Notes under the pieces: model-generated | What the model saw: only the letters and a program-made list of their open reading frames with translations | Told to the model about the DNA's origin: nothing | The model's database searches: none | Shown: piece after piece, positions 32,408-44,790 of the stretch | Numbering within the stretch: the first letter of the stretch is position 1 | Layout: every line of letters starts with the position of its first letter | Assembly: GCF_006345805.1 (NCBI RefSeq) | Contig: NC_043002.1 | Location: 116,188,001-116,252,000 of the forward strand | Source: Octopus sinensis | Lineage: Eukaryota | Length of the DNA: 64,000 bases | Direction of reading: 5' to 3' | Translations under genes and position numbers: made by a program

Positions 32408-32653
32408 CATACATACATACATACATACATACATACATACATAATACATACATACATACATACATACATACATACATACAACATACATACATACATACAT
32501 ACATACAACATACATACATACATACATACATACATACATACATACATACATACATACATACATACACATACATACATACATACATACATACATACATACA
32601 TACATACATACAACATACATACATACATACATACAACATACATACATACATAC

Positions 32654-32686
<33 letters not shown>

Positions 32687-33892
32687 CATACATACATACA
32701 TACATACATACATACATACATACATACATACATACATACATAACAAACATACATACCATACATACAAAACATACATACTACAACATACATACATAACAAC
32801 ATACATACATACAACATACATACATACATACATACATACATACATACATACATACATACATACAAACATACATACATACATACAACAACTACATACATAC
32901 ATACAAACATACATACATACATACAAACATACATACATACATACATACATACAACATACATACATACATACATACAAACATACATACATACATACAAACA
33001 TACATACATACATACAAACATACATACATACATACATACATACATACAAACATACATACATACATACATACATACATACATACATACATACATACATACA
33101 TACATACATACATACATACATACATACAAACATACATACATACATACAACATACATACATACATACATACATACAAACATACATACATACATACAACATA
33201 CATACATACATACATACATACAAACATACATACATACATACAAACATACATACATACATACATACATACAAACATACATACATACATACAAACATACATA
33301 CATACATACATACATACAAACATACATACATACATACATACATACATACATACATACATACATACATACATACATACATACATACATACATACATACAAA
33401 CATACATACATACATACAAACATACATGCATACATACATACATAATACATACATACATATACATACATACATACATACATACATACACATACATACATAC
33501 ATACATACATGCATACATACATACATACATAAAACATACATACATACATACATACATACATACAAACATACATACTACAACATACAAACATCATCATTCA
33601 TACATACATACATACATTCATACATACATACATACATACATACATACATACATACATACATACATACATACATACATACATACAAACATACATACATACA
33701 AACATACAAACATACATACATTCATACATACATACATACATTCATACATACATACATACATTCATACATACATACATACATACATACATACATACATACA
33801 TACATACATACATTCATACATACATACATACATACATACATACATACAAACATACATACATACACACATACATACATACATACACACACATA
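28041..33892 (+). repeat. ~5.85 kb (CATA)n microsatellite array
   Basis: Seen directly; source of all HTYI/MYVC ORFs. Confidence 0.97.
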
Positions 33893-34600
33893 TGATAGCT
33901 GCAACTCCATTTGAGCAATGCTACCTTTGATTGCTCTCTTAAAACAACTCGGATGTGGCTTTTTCTCTTTTTCACACATGTAGCAACGATGTTTGCTTCT
34001 TGCAGCAGACAGGTGTTCACAGGTGTTCACAGGTGTTCACAGAGCTACCGTTCACGTTCACCTATGCCTTTTATCGTCGTGTAACTTTTCATTGAATGTT
34101 TTTCCTTTTTTTTTTAACTACGGCCATCCACTATATGCAACACATAGTAGAGATTCTAAAAACCAAGCAATGCCTCTGCCTGAGGCTTTTTAAAGTGAGG
34201 GAAGACCTTGAACGAGGCCAATCCTACTCTCTAAGCAACTCGTGCATTTGTCTGAAAAGAAAAAAAAACTTGTTAGCATCATTGGATGTCAATGAAGTCG
34301 CAGATGTTACATTAGAGTTTTCCTTCTAGAGAGATATCTAAACAAATACTACAAGTCTCTCACACCCTGGTGTAGGATGGCCGTTAACTTTGTTGAGTTA
34401 ATCCACTCTTTAACAGGTTTTACTTTCAACCAGCAGGATGTCCAACGAAAGCCACCCACCTCACCAAACAAAGCTTAGTGGGTTGACGATCTACTCGCCA
34501 ACGGCCTGAACACGTGACAAGTACCAGGTTACGTGTCATCAGCAGCACCAAGAGTCACCTCCCCCCTCTCTCTCTTACGCACGCGCACACACACGCATGT

Positions 34601-34753
34601 AGGCTAGAGATTGGAACGGTGATTTTCCTTCGCAAATGCTGATCGGGCGCAGACAGTGTCGTTAGCCAGCTGGAGATGTCTTCCTGGGGCTATAAACTAC
34701 AGTAGCATCGTCCCATATAGGTCAACCACATTTAAGCGGCAAATATACTTCAC
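34601..34753 (+). repeat. 5' terminal direct repeat (second copy at 39791-39948)
   Basis: AGGCTAGAGA...CTTCCTGGGGCTATAAACTACAGTAGCATCGTCCCATAT...GGCAAATATACTTCAC is present at both ends; contains TATAAA at 34691. Confidence 0.92.
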
Positions 34754-35249
34754 GATGTCCTGCTGCTGCTGTTTACATCTCGCTCAGAGATTTATTATTG
34801 CTTGATTCTCCTTTTTCGAGATCAACGACGGTTTGTCATTGGAAAAAGCATATAGAATTTTGCGTTCGGAATCACTTCTCATCTCTAGCTGCTTCTTGTT
34901 GGATTATTCGGTTGCTGCCTGAATGAGTTCGTTTTGTTCTAATGTTATACTTCTATTGTATTTGTTATATTGTTATTTCGTTGAATTGTTGAACCTGTGA
35001 AATTTGAACCTCAGTTGTTTTATTAACAGTTATTTTCGCCCAGCAGAGCAGAAAATTATTTTATTGTTTGCGAACTACGAACTTTAATTTTTACCCCTTT
35101 ACAGGGTAAAAATGATAGTGTTTAATAATTATTTTTGTGAAAAACATTTTTGTCATTTTGAAAACAATTTTCTGAAAATTTGCGAGGAATTTTTTTGTAT
35201 TAATATAAAATTTGAGTCAATTTCGGACTTCCCAGTGATAGAAAAGGTA

Positions 35250-36430
35250 AAAGAAAACGGAAAAGAAAGTGCAAAACAGGTTCAGAAGGGGAAAAAAAAC
35301 TAGTTTTTCAGCAGCTGTTGGCGGCAATATGGTAAATTTGAACGTGTCTATGGCGGAATTGTTTAAATATCGAAATATGATAAAGAAAACAAGAAATGAT
35401 ACCAAGTTACTTCCTCCGCAAGGTATACTGCAGAATATAGCTGCCAAGATTGTGTTCTTTAAGACGTACAGTCTTAAAGAAATGCGAATAATGTCGGTCA
35501 GAAATGAAGTAGTTGAAAAGTGTATGCAACCCATTTGGAACAAAATAAAATATGTTGGACGCGAGATAAGAAGTGCTACAGTGGAGGCACCATTCTTCGA
35601 CGAAAGTACAGCAAAAGAGCTGTCGACACTAACACTGAAAAAATGACGAATTAATTCTCCTGCCAACTTATCTAGGCAGGAGAACGGCGAAAATTGAAGT
35701 GGAGGAAATTCCAGCTGATTTGGACGTATTGTGGATTGCAGCAGCCGTACAACAAATGTCAATACTGCAAATACAGAAAAGGAGGCCCGGAAATCTTCGA
35801 AGGACTTCCCGATAGGGTGTTCATAGGTGAGGGGCTAAGCGTGAGAGTGAGCGTTGAGGGACGTAGGCCACGCTGTTTTAAGTGCGGCGAAAAAAGCCAC
35901 CTCCACTCAGGATGTCAAGAGAAAAAGAACGAAGCCCCTCCTCAACGAATATCCAAAGACATAACAGAAAAAGAAAAACAACCAAAGAAAGAAAAAAACA
36001 AACAGAAGTGCCCAGGGAAAGCGAACCAACAAGGCAAGAAACTCCAAACACAGAAGAAACAGGATTTACATTAGCGAAATCACAAAAAGAAAAGTAGGCC
36101 CCAGTCCCAGACTCACCCCCCCATACAATAACAAAGCAACCGCAGACACAGAAAGTACAATACAAAATTGTATCATTCAAAGAAAGCAATGAAGCTTTGT
36201 CACGAATTATAAGTGCACACCATAAAGCGCAAGTGTACAAAGCAAACCAGGACTTGCCACCTCACATTCGGATGGCCAGAATGGAGGTGAGTTCATTCAA
36301 TGAACTAACACAAACAACAAAGATATAAAGAAGACACAAAGGACATAAGCGCAGATGTGGCCGGCAAGAGCTTCATCGTGAGTCCAGCGGCTCCACCAAA
36401 GAAGAAGGAGCATGTGTGGGGGGGGGACTG
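35250..36430 (+). pseudogene. LINE ORF1 remnant (gag-like zinc knuckle)
   Basis: GRRPRCFKCGEKSHLHSGC = C-x2-C-x4-H-x4-C; broken by frameshifts and stops. Confidence 0.75.
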
Positions 36431-36477
36431 AATTCGTTCAGCCGCTCCCCAAGATCAAAATGTAAGTAAGAATTTCT

Positions 36478-39400
36478 ATGGAATTTAAGTTAGAGTGTAT
36501 AAATGTGAGTGGCCTAGGGTCGAAATAGAAGCAAACCTGTCTCCTGGACAACCTTAGGTCACTAGAAATTGATATGTGTTGTAACTGAGCCAAAGCTGAG
36601 TGGGCTACAGGCGTTCACACCCCTTCTAAATGGCTACGAGAAATTTATTTCTCCTAGTCGGCGGGGCGGTGGCGTGGTGGTCATATTCAGGAAAAACTTA
36701 GACGTGCAGGTAAGTGCAGTTTTTCTAGACCCAGAAGGTAGGTTGGTCGTTCTAGATGTGACACACGCGAGCAAACAGTCCTTCAGATTGGTACCTTTCT
36801 ACGCTCCAAATAAGTGAAGGCAAGCTGGTTTTTACCGGGACCTGGTGAGTTCCTTTGTGACGTCAAAAACTCTAGTTGTGCTAGGAGACATTAACACTAT
36901 TCTCGACGCACGGGTGGATAGTGTTGGCTCGGCTGATAGAAGGGGAAATCCTGACCTCAAAAGGCTACTAGAGAGCTATAATCTAGTAGACTGGTACATA
37001 CTGGATGAGCTATTCGTTCCACAGTGGACGTGGTCTAATAACAACGGTTCATACATATCTTATTTAGATAGGATTGTTGTTAGAGATACAGATAAGGATA
37101 CTGTTAGTTGCCCACGCTTTTGTTGTGTCCCCTACACAGATCACAAGTTTGTGACGTGTAAGGTTTACCTAGTTAAGTGTCATAGACAGGGACCTGGGTA
37201 CTGGAAGATGAACAACTCTATTTTGATTTGTAAAACCTTCCGTGTTCGGGTCAAGGAGTTGGTGCAGAGGGCATTAACAAGTACCATTATCAAAAATAGG
37301 TGGTGGTGCGCCCTCAAACGAGCCATTCGTTCTGAGTCTATTAGATTTAGCAAGCAGTTAAGTCTAGATAAGACTAGAATAGAAGGGACGTTAATTAAGG
37401 AATTAGATGAGGCCATGGAGACTGGCTCTGCGTCTAGAGTGTTGGCGACCAAATACGAAGGATGTAGGGTCAGAACTGAACTTCGTGCGGTGGGAAGAGA
37501 AAGTATTAACGTTGCCTTATGGGCACATCGTGTGGAAAGTCGGGGAGGAAGAGAAGCTTCTATTAACAGATTCGATGTAAGGACATGAGGAGATGCGAAA
37601 GAATTTTCAACATCATTTCGCTCGGTTGTTCAGGAGGAGCGGCGAACTGGACCGTGGGGAGCCCCTAAGGGACTTCCTCGCCGGTGGGCCGCGACTCTCG
37701 GTACGAGAGGCGGAATGCTGTGAAGGGTCGATTACGGCTACGGAGGTTGAAGGGGTACTGGCTGAGTGCGCCAGGGACAAATCGCCAGGACTGGATGGTC
37801 TGCCCTATGATTTTTTTGTTGTATGCCGGACTTGTTTGGGCACTTGCTGGCTTGCGTCTACATAAACTGGCAACAGAATGGGAGGATTCCCAGTTCTGTG
37901 AGTCGGGGAGTGGTGACGCTGATCAGAAAAGACCCGAACAAGGAGGATCATATCAGTAATTTTAGGCCCGTAACTCTACTTAATGTAGAGTTAAAGATTT
38001 TGGCCAAGGTGCTAGCTAAGAGGTTGGTGCGTGTCGCGGAGAAACTTATTGGGAGGGCGCAGACATGTGCCATCCCAGGCAGGTCGATCCAGGAAATCTC
38101 CATCTCCTGCGCTACACCTTAGACAGGGTGGGTTAGTTATCCGGTAAAGGTGGAGCACTGGTTCATTTAGACCAAAGTAAAGCTTTTGATAGGGTAGACC
38201 ACCAGATCCTGACAGCAGTCCTCGAGGCAGCTGGGTTGGGCCCAGACTTCCTTGGATGGATCACTGCCATTTATGGTGGTATCGAATCTACAGTTCAGAT
38301 AAACGGTTACCTGTCGGTGCCATTTAAGATCGAGCGCTCCGTTTGTCAGGGGTGCCTCCTGTCTCCGCTTCTGTATGTACTGGCTCTGGAGCCATTGCTG
38401 CAGAGGTTGGAGAATTTGGGAGGCATCTCCAATGAACTGGGATGTGGTAAGTCTGTTTCTGCTTACGCGGATGACGTCACCATCACCGTAACTGATGAAG
38501 CTCAGCTCTCTTATGTAGAGGAGACAATCAAAGGTTATAAGGCGGTGGCAGGAGCAAAAATTAACAAGGACAAGTCCATCGGCTTGCAGCTCGGTACCCG
38601 GAGTAGCAAGACGATACCGTCCAATGCCGTAGGACATTGGACGGAAGGTCCTTGTAAGTTGCTTAGAGTCTGGTTTGGACCGGATTCCCAGACAGAGAAG
38701 AACTGGAGTGAGGTGACAGTGTGGCGGCCCTAATCCGGACCTGGTCTGGAAAGGAGCTATCCCTGAAAGGAAGGGCGGAGATGGTGCTGGTGTATATTGC
38801 ATCTGTTATCACCTACCATCTGACCGTTGTCCCTTGCCCTGATTCGTGGCTAAAAAGGCTGGAACGCGTCCTCTTTCGCTTTTGTGGAAGGGAGGAAAAC
38901 CGTTTGTGAGGCGCTGTGTCTGCTGCCAAAACCCGCTAAAGAGTGGGTCAGAGAGAAGCCCTGGGGCTCGATGAGGATCAGCTAGCCAACCTGTTTAAAA
39001 GAACTTTCGGGTCGGGTTAGGGATAACTACCAGAAATCCCTAATCTAATAGTCCTATAGGAGCGCTTTACCTGTTCCTGATAAACTGTCTAGACATGGGA
39101 TGTCTGTGCAACCGGCATGCCCAAGGTGCGGGTAGGATGATGAAACCCTTCTGTACTGCGTGCCCTTGTTCAGTTTCCGGAGATTTCGGGCTTGATAGTT
39201 TACGCGCAACACGTGCTGTCACATTTAGGAAGAGTACACCTATAAGCTGAGTGTATGATTAAGATTGTACCGCCACCTGGACTGTCAAAAGAAGGTGCGG
39301 TATGTTTATTATGCACAGTTGCGATTTTGAAAGAGTGCATAAGGAAAAAACGAGGATGAAAGGAGTTGGGACGGGAAGCTTCATCTCCAGCCCTGGTTTG

Positions 39401-39515
39401 CTGTACTACTTCAGATATCATCTGCTGAGCAAGATAGGGCTGGGGAAAGGAAAAGAGTATACGGGAAAAGATGGAAGGATGTGGCGAGGAAGTTGGGTAT
39501 GAATAACCCTGTTTA
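36478..39515 (+). pseudogene. LINE ORF2 remnant: APE endonuclease + reverse transcriptase + C-terminal Cys motif
   Basis: GRLVVLD..FYAPN, LGDIN, SYLDR, TDHK, GPGYWKMNNSIL, KSPGLDGLP, FRPVTLLN.E.KILAKVLA.RL, LDQSKAFDRVDH, QGCLLSPLLY, YADD, CPRCG; multiple stops and frameshifts. Confidence 0.92.
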
Positions 39516-39721
39516 AATCCATAAGTTCGTACGGTGTAGCCGGTGCACTTCCCGGCCAAAGTGTGAATTAATTAATTGTTATTAAAGCTCATCATAGATA
39601 TATAAATCATTTTATATTTTTAACTGCATAAATTAAACGAACTCATGAACTTTACATGTTTCTAACGTCCTGTGCTGATCCCTCTATGCTAGATCATTTG
39701 ATCATAATAAATAATTTATCC

Positions 39722-39797
39722 CTAGCCTGTGATTGTCACACGCTGATAACGGGTTACTACTCAGAAACCTGGGTCCATGTGTATCACGTCAGGCTAG
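39722..39797 (+). ncRNA. Minimal type I hammerhead ribozyme fold (this copy probably inactive, G8>A)
   Basis: Stem I CTAGCCTG-TGAT-tgt-CACACG / CATGTG-t-ATCA-cgt-CAGGCTAG; core CTGATAA 39743-39749; stem II GGGT-tact-ACTC; GAAA 39764-39767; near-palindromic stem III ACCTGGGT; GTC cleavage triplet 39773-39775. Folded by eye. Confidence 0.72.
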
Positions 39798-39948
39798 AGA
39801 TGGGAACGATGATTTCCCTCCGCAAATACTGATCGGGCATAGACAGTGTGTCGTTAGCCATCTGGAGGAAATGTCTTCCTGGGGCTATAAACTACAGTAG
39901 CATCGTCCCATATGGGTCTGCCACGTTTTGGTGGCAAATATACTTCAC
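39791..39948 (+). repeat. 3' terminal direct repeat
   Basis: Aligns by eye to 34601-34753, with scattered substitutions and small indels. Confidence 0.92.
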
Positions 39949-39969
39949 ATTGGTTCATATATTCTTCTT

Positions 39970-40253
39970 CTATTCTTTCACTTGTTTCAGTCATTTGACT
40001 GTGACCATGCTGGAGCACCGTCTTAAAGGGTTTTTAGTCGAAGAAATCGACCCCAGGACTTATTCTTTTAAGCCTAGTACTTATTCTATCGGTAATTTTC
40101 ACCGAACTGCTAAGTTACAGAGACGTAAACACATCAACATCGGTTGTCAAGCGATGGTGGGGGGAAAACACACACACACACACACATAATATATGAACCC
40201 AGAACCATGTGGTTGGAAAGCAAGCTGCTTACCACACAGCCACGCCAGCTCCT
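39970..40253 (-). mobile_element. SINE family B (internally deleted)
   Basis: TTGTTTCAGTCATTTGACTG...CATGCTGGAGCACC and CTTACCACACAGCCACGCC. Confidence 0.8.
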
Positions 40254-40349
40254 ATGCAAATGCTTTAAACTTTTTTTAAAACTAAAACTGTAAGTTTTAA
40301 AAAATTAATAATGCACGTATGTGGTTACTACTGTTACCTGGTATTTCAA

Positions 40350-41300
40350 TATTTCAAGATTAGGACCCCTTCTTCGAGAAATTTAGGAAGGAAAAGGTGT
40401 TGATAGCTGACTTCTCTCCTCTCTAGTGTGTGTGTAGGAAGTGTTGTTTTGCGTTGCTATAATATGCAATCAGCTGCGTGCTGTTCAGACCCCTTATTAA
40501 TTCGCGGGCTATACTTGTTAATTAAAATTACTTAATTTATTCTCAAACTTCCAGTGTCTATTCCAGTAGTTTTAATGGAAACTTGGATGTCTTAGGAGTG
40601 ATATTTCTGTAGGTGTTTTATGACGGAAGGAGCATTTGCATGGGAATGTTCTTTAGCCCGTATGTGAACTTGTCTGATGATACTTTCTAGTGTAAAATTC
40701 AATACATTTGCTACACCTGATTATATACACCACTCAGAATATATATTCATATACACCACTCAGAATATATATTCATCTCTGATCCTGAAGTTGGACAATG
40801 TACATAAGGTGTTTCTTTGTCGCAGTCTGTTTTTAGTAAGGATCCTCAGGAAAGGTTCGGAGTATACAATATCAATGAACATATAAAATTTGAAGTGGAA
40901 CACCCTAATAACACCGATTCCTTATCTCTGCTTGATTTTGAACTACAAACCACAGAGAACGTATCGATTTCCACAAACATTACAGAAAAGCGGCATGCAG
41001 GGGCCTATTTTTACATTATAATTCACCCTTGCTCATCAGAGCAGCGATAGCCTACATTAGAAATGAAATCCACAGGATGCTTTGTAGATGCAGCGATGCA
41101 GGAAGCAAACGCACCAACTCCATACGATTTTGGAAAATTCTGATGACTATTCATACTCTTTCATTAAATACTAGGGCATCGCTAGATCACTTAACAAAAT
41201 CCACATATTCAAGGATAACGTGTTTTTTGAACTTGCCACATTTTAACGAACAAATAACTGTTGCAATCCGCTTTGCGACCTGTAAGGAGTAATTGAATAT
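40350..41300. mobile_element. Penelope-like fragments in divergent orientation (minus 40350-40680, plus 40870-41300)
   Basis: Minus: RQVHIRAKEHS...LINKYSPRINKG. Plus: IKFEVEHPNNTDSLSLLDF, YIRNEIHR, FLNLPHFNE. Confidence 0.6.
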
Positions 41301-41409
41301 ACAACCTGAGGTTCCTTATTGAAAACGGACCGAGACAAAGTAACACCTTATGTAAATTGTCCAAATACCCGGTCAGAAATGAAAACGGAAAAATATTTTC
41401 CTTGTATTA

Positions 41410-41672
41410 TATTACTTGTTCCAATCCATGTCTCACTTCCTCCGATCGCGACGCTTCATCAACCAAGAAGACGTGGAAGCTTCAGTGAAGGAGTTCTTCG
41501 CGTCGAAGGACAAGAACTGGTGTCAGTGTGGGATCAAAGAACTGGCAGAAAGGTAGCTTCAGACGGTGCAACACGATGACCTCTTCATTAAATGCTAGGT
41601 TGCTTCTGTTGTAACTTGAATAAAGTAAATAAGTTACTAGAATATTGCAAAACTTTTTACTCAGCACAATAT
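41410..41672 (+). mobile_element. Mariner transposase C-terminus and probable right TIR
   Basis: HFLRSRRFINQEDVEASVKEFFASKDKNW...GIKELAER*LQTVQHDD; ends CAAAACTTTTTACTCAGCACAATA. Confidence 0.8.
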
Positions 41673-43149
41673 TTAATTCATCCTGATATTTCCGGTATAA
41701 TAGACGTTTTGAAAAATGTTAAGAAAAAGAGAGAAATACGTCCGTTCGCCTGGAATGTTCAGAAACAGATGCCACGTAAACGGATGTTTCCTTTCTTGTT
41801 TTCTTAACACTTTTGTAAAGAGGTATTTTACTCGAGGTATTTCTCTGCCTAGACGAAATATTTCCAAGTAGGAACAATCAAATCTGCACCCTAAATACAA
41901 ATTTAGTAAGTATTTGTGCTCAGAACTGTTGCCAACTTTCTTCATAGTTGAAGTTGCACGTTGGAGTACTGCCCAAGCATCTGAGATGGGGGTGCTGCTG
42001 CTCACAGAAAAATTCAAGGCCTCATCGAAAACAAAACCATTACGCTTATTGAATAAAAGTAATTTAACATACTTCAACCGCTTACCACAAACATGCTAGC
42101 CCTGCAGTCAGCCTTTTATACAAATATAACGACTTCTGCTCCTCAGAGCTAGCTATTCGTATTCTATCTACACCTATGCACACACGGGTCACTTATTTTC
42201 CCACCCGTCTCCAACCTTTGTATATCTCATCTCATTTCAAATTTCTAAGTAAGGGACAACGTTCCAAAAACACATAGGTGTTGTGAAGTTGGGGAACACT
42301 TCCATCGAATTCGCTTTGTGACACTAAACGACAAAGATGCCACCTAATGTTTAAATATGCTTTTCGAACAGGATTACCTTAACGATTGCCACTAAACGCC
42401 CGTGAGCAGCTCGGCGAATGAATTTTTACGGATCCAAAGGTATTAAATTTCTTTTAAAGCTATATGTTAATTAAACCAGCCCCACAGTGTACCAACACGA
42501 GGTGGAGGTTCGTCTGATTGGTCCTGCTGGATCAATAAGTTTGTGCAGTTACGATACTGTTAATCGAAGTATGTTTTTCGACTTGTATGATGATGATTAA
42601 CTTTTATAACTTTTGGTTGTAATTACGGACTAAGATTTTAATGTAATGGTATTGCACATTATAAATACGCATCTGAGACAGAAAAAGGGGAACAAGATCC
42701 CTGAAGCGGTTCAACTCCTGTGTTACAGAATGGCTACCATTATCTCTATCAAATTAACAACTATAAGTGCTTTTCAGCTCAACATAAATATCACTTGTTT
42801 CATATATAATTTGTCAGCCACTTATCACTTGCTCAGTAACCTATTCAACAAGTGATAATAGCCCCTTTCAAGTGTTCTACCCCCGTTCGATCTATGAACC
42901 CAATAAATATGTATAATTTATAAATTAACGGCAAATCTAATTATCTTACAGCTATGGCTGAGACAATAAAACCATGGAATGTTTCACGCTATGCAGGCTA
43001 CAGCAACAAGAAACGAACCCCAAACTATTTGATTGCAACAGGCAAGACGGAATAGCTAGTAATTTGTTTCGTAATCATGAAGCCCCGTGTTTCACATCAC
43101 TGTTCGGTGATGGCTTCGTGTTCGTCCCACCCTTTTGTTTGAAACAGAA

Positions 43150-44790
43150 TAGATAAAAACAACTGTATAGGCCCATGGAAACTTGTCAGCTGCGTAGAGA
43201 ACTACATTAAGAATACAAAGGAAATAATCAGCCACATCTTACATTTATTACAATGAGCAGGTAGGGAGATGATAGAACAATTGCAAAACTCATCATCATT
43301 TCGGCACACTGCGCTCATGGCATTTACAATAATCTCGGATTGCAAATCAGTGTAAATGTAGTGTGGTACTTACTAGTCTAAAGAGTTGTAATTCAATAAT
43401 GAGGCAAACTTTGTAATTTGACAGAATTACTAAAATTAATACCAGACTAACTTGATATAATACTTTCGAAGACAGTGCCCCAGCATGACCTTAGTTGAAT
43501 GACTGAAACTAATAGACCGATACGTAAGTATGTATGTATGGGTTACCATTAGCCTCACAAAAGCCAGAGTAATATTTACTCCTCTTCCAGGTTAGTCTCA
43601 TGTCGATCCAAACATAACAGTTGACGGTATACGGTTCGATAGGTTTCCATATCTTGAAAGTATTATCGGTAAATACTGATCACTTGATACAGAAATCAAT
43701 CAGAGAATTCAAAATGATACTTTAACATTTGGAAATCTAAAGAAAAAGCAACGGAGAATCGGGTTTTCAACTTGTAACTATATTGCATAGAGATAAGGCG
43801 GCGAGCTGGCAGAAGCGTTAGCACATCGGGCGAAATGCTCAGCGGTATTTCGTCTGCCGCTACGTTCTGAGTTCAAATTCCGTCGGGGTCGACTTTGCCT
43901 TTCATCCTTTCGGGGGTCGATATAATCAACTTAATTCGTCTGTCTGTCCTTATTTGTCCCCTCTGTGTTTAGCCCCTTCATGCATACTAACTGTATTGTT
44001 GTGTGTATCTGAGGTGGAGGACAAGCTTCAGGTGGCACACAAAATGGCCTGAAAGGCTTCACATTGAATCTTAATTCTAGATTGAAATCTTCTGGAATTT
44101 CTCTGTTGTCTTCATTTCGCAAGGGTCATTTGAGCTCTACATGTTCAATATTTGCTTCAAACTCCCCGCATCTAACTTTAATTATACAACGGCAGCCTGT
44201 TATGTTCTTTACTAAGGATTCCAATTTCTGATGTCTTCAGAATCTTCAAGTTATCCTTAGCTGCATGTATGAATCGCATTCAACTGTAGTGAACTTTATT
44301 GAAACCAGATAGGGATGTACTGAGGAGAGCCGGCTGTGAAAGTATTGAGATTATTACTAACAATCAAATGCATTGGACTGGTTGTGTCAGGATAGACGAT
44401 ACCAGATTACCCAAGAGATCGCTTTATGGACAGCTTTCCAATAAAAAGAGGCCAAATCATAAACCAAAGAAGCGATTCGAAGATGTGGTTAAGAATAGTT
44501 TTAATATCCTGGATTTTATATTAGAAATTAGAATCCTTTGCAAAGAACAGAACAGGCTGGCTTCGTATGATTAATGAAGTTTGCGAGGAGTTTGTGGCAA
44601 AACGTATTTACATGCAGGGTTCAAGAGATCATGGCGAAAGGGAGAAAACAGAAATATTTCAGAATTCACTCTAGAATGCAACAAAGTATTGCTTTCTAGA
44701 GCCGGTCCCGTTAATCACCAACAATCGCATGTAGTAAGGGTAACACAAGCAAACTATGATGATCTTTTGCTGCAGAGGCCAGGTCAAGTA
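43150..44790 (+). mobile_element. Fragmented RTE (BovB-like) LINE with later insertions
   Basis: NQMHWTGCVRIDDTRLPKRSLYGQLSNKKRPNHKPKKRFEDVVK; upstream FPYL.SI and EINQRIQ remnants. Confidence 0.7.
43797..43930 (+). mobile_element. SINE family A, intact tRNA-like head
   Basis: GGCGGCGAGCTGGCAGAAGCGTTAGC...GAGTTCAAATTCC...GCCTTTCATCCTTTCGGGGGTCGAT. Confidence 0.88.

Larger units (their letters stand above)
34596..39948 (+). mobile_element. Near full-length, decayed Tx1/L1-clade LINE with terminal direct repeats
   Basis: ORF1 with CCHC knuckle, ORF2 with APE and RT (see sub-features); direct repeats at 34601-34753 and 39791-39948; no TSD found. Confidence 0.85.

Noticed and set aside
27950-33914. 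Long ORFs of 300-690 aa (HTYI / MYVC repeats)
   Set aside because: Translations of (CATA)n/(TATG)n, which lacks stop codons; the same applies at 12.2-13.1 kb and 50.7-52.2 kb.
34601-34753. Terminal repeat as an snRNA, 5S or tRNA target of a Tx1 element
   Set aside because: I see no resemblance to U1, U2, U6, 5S or tRNA from memory. A database search was not possible, so an unknown multicopy target is not fully excluded.
38167-38802. 211-aa minus-strand ORF
   Set aside because: Antisense shadow of the LINE reverse-transcriptase region.
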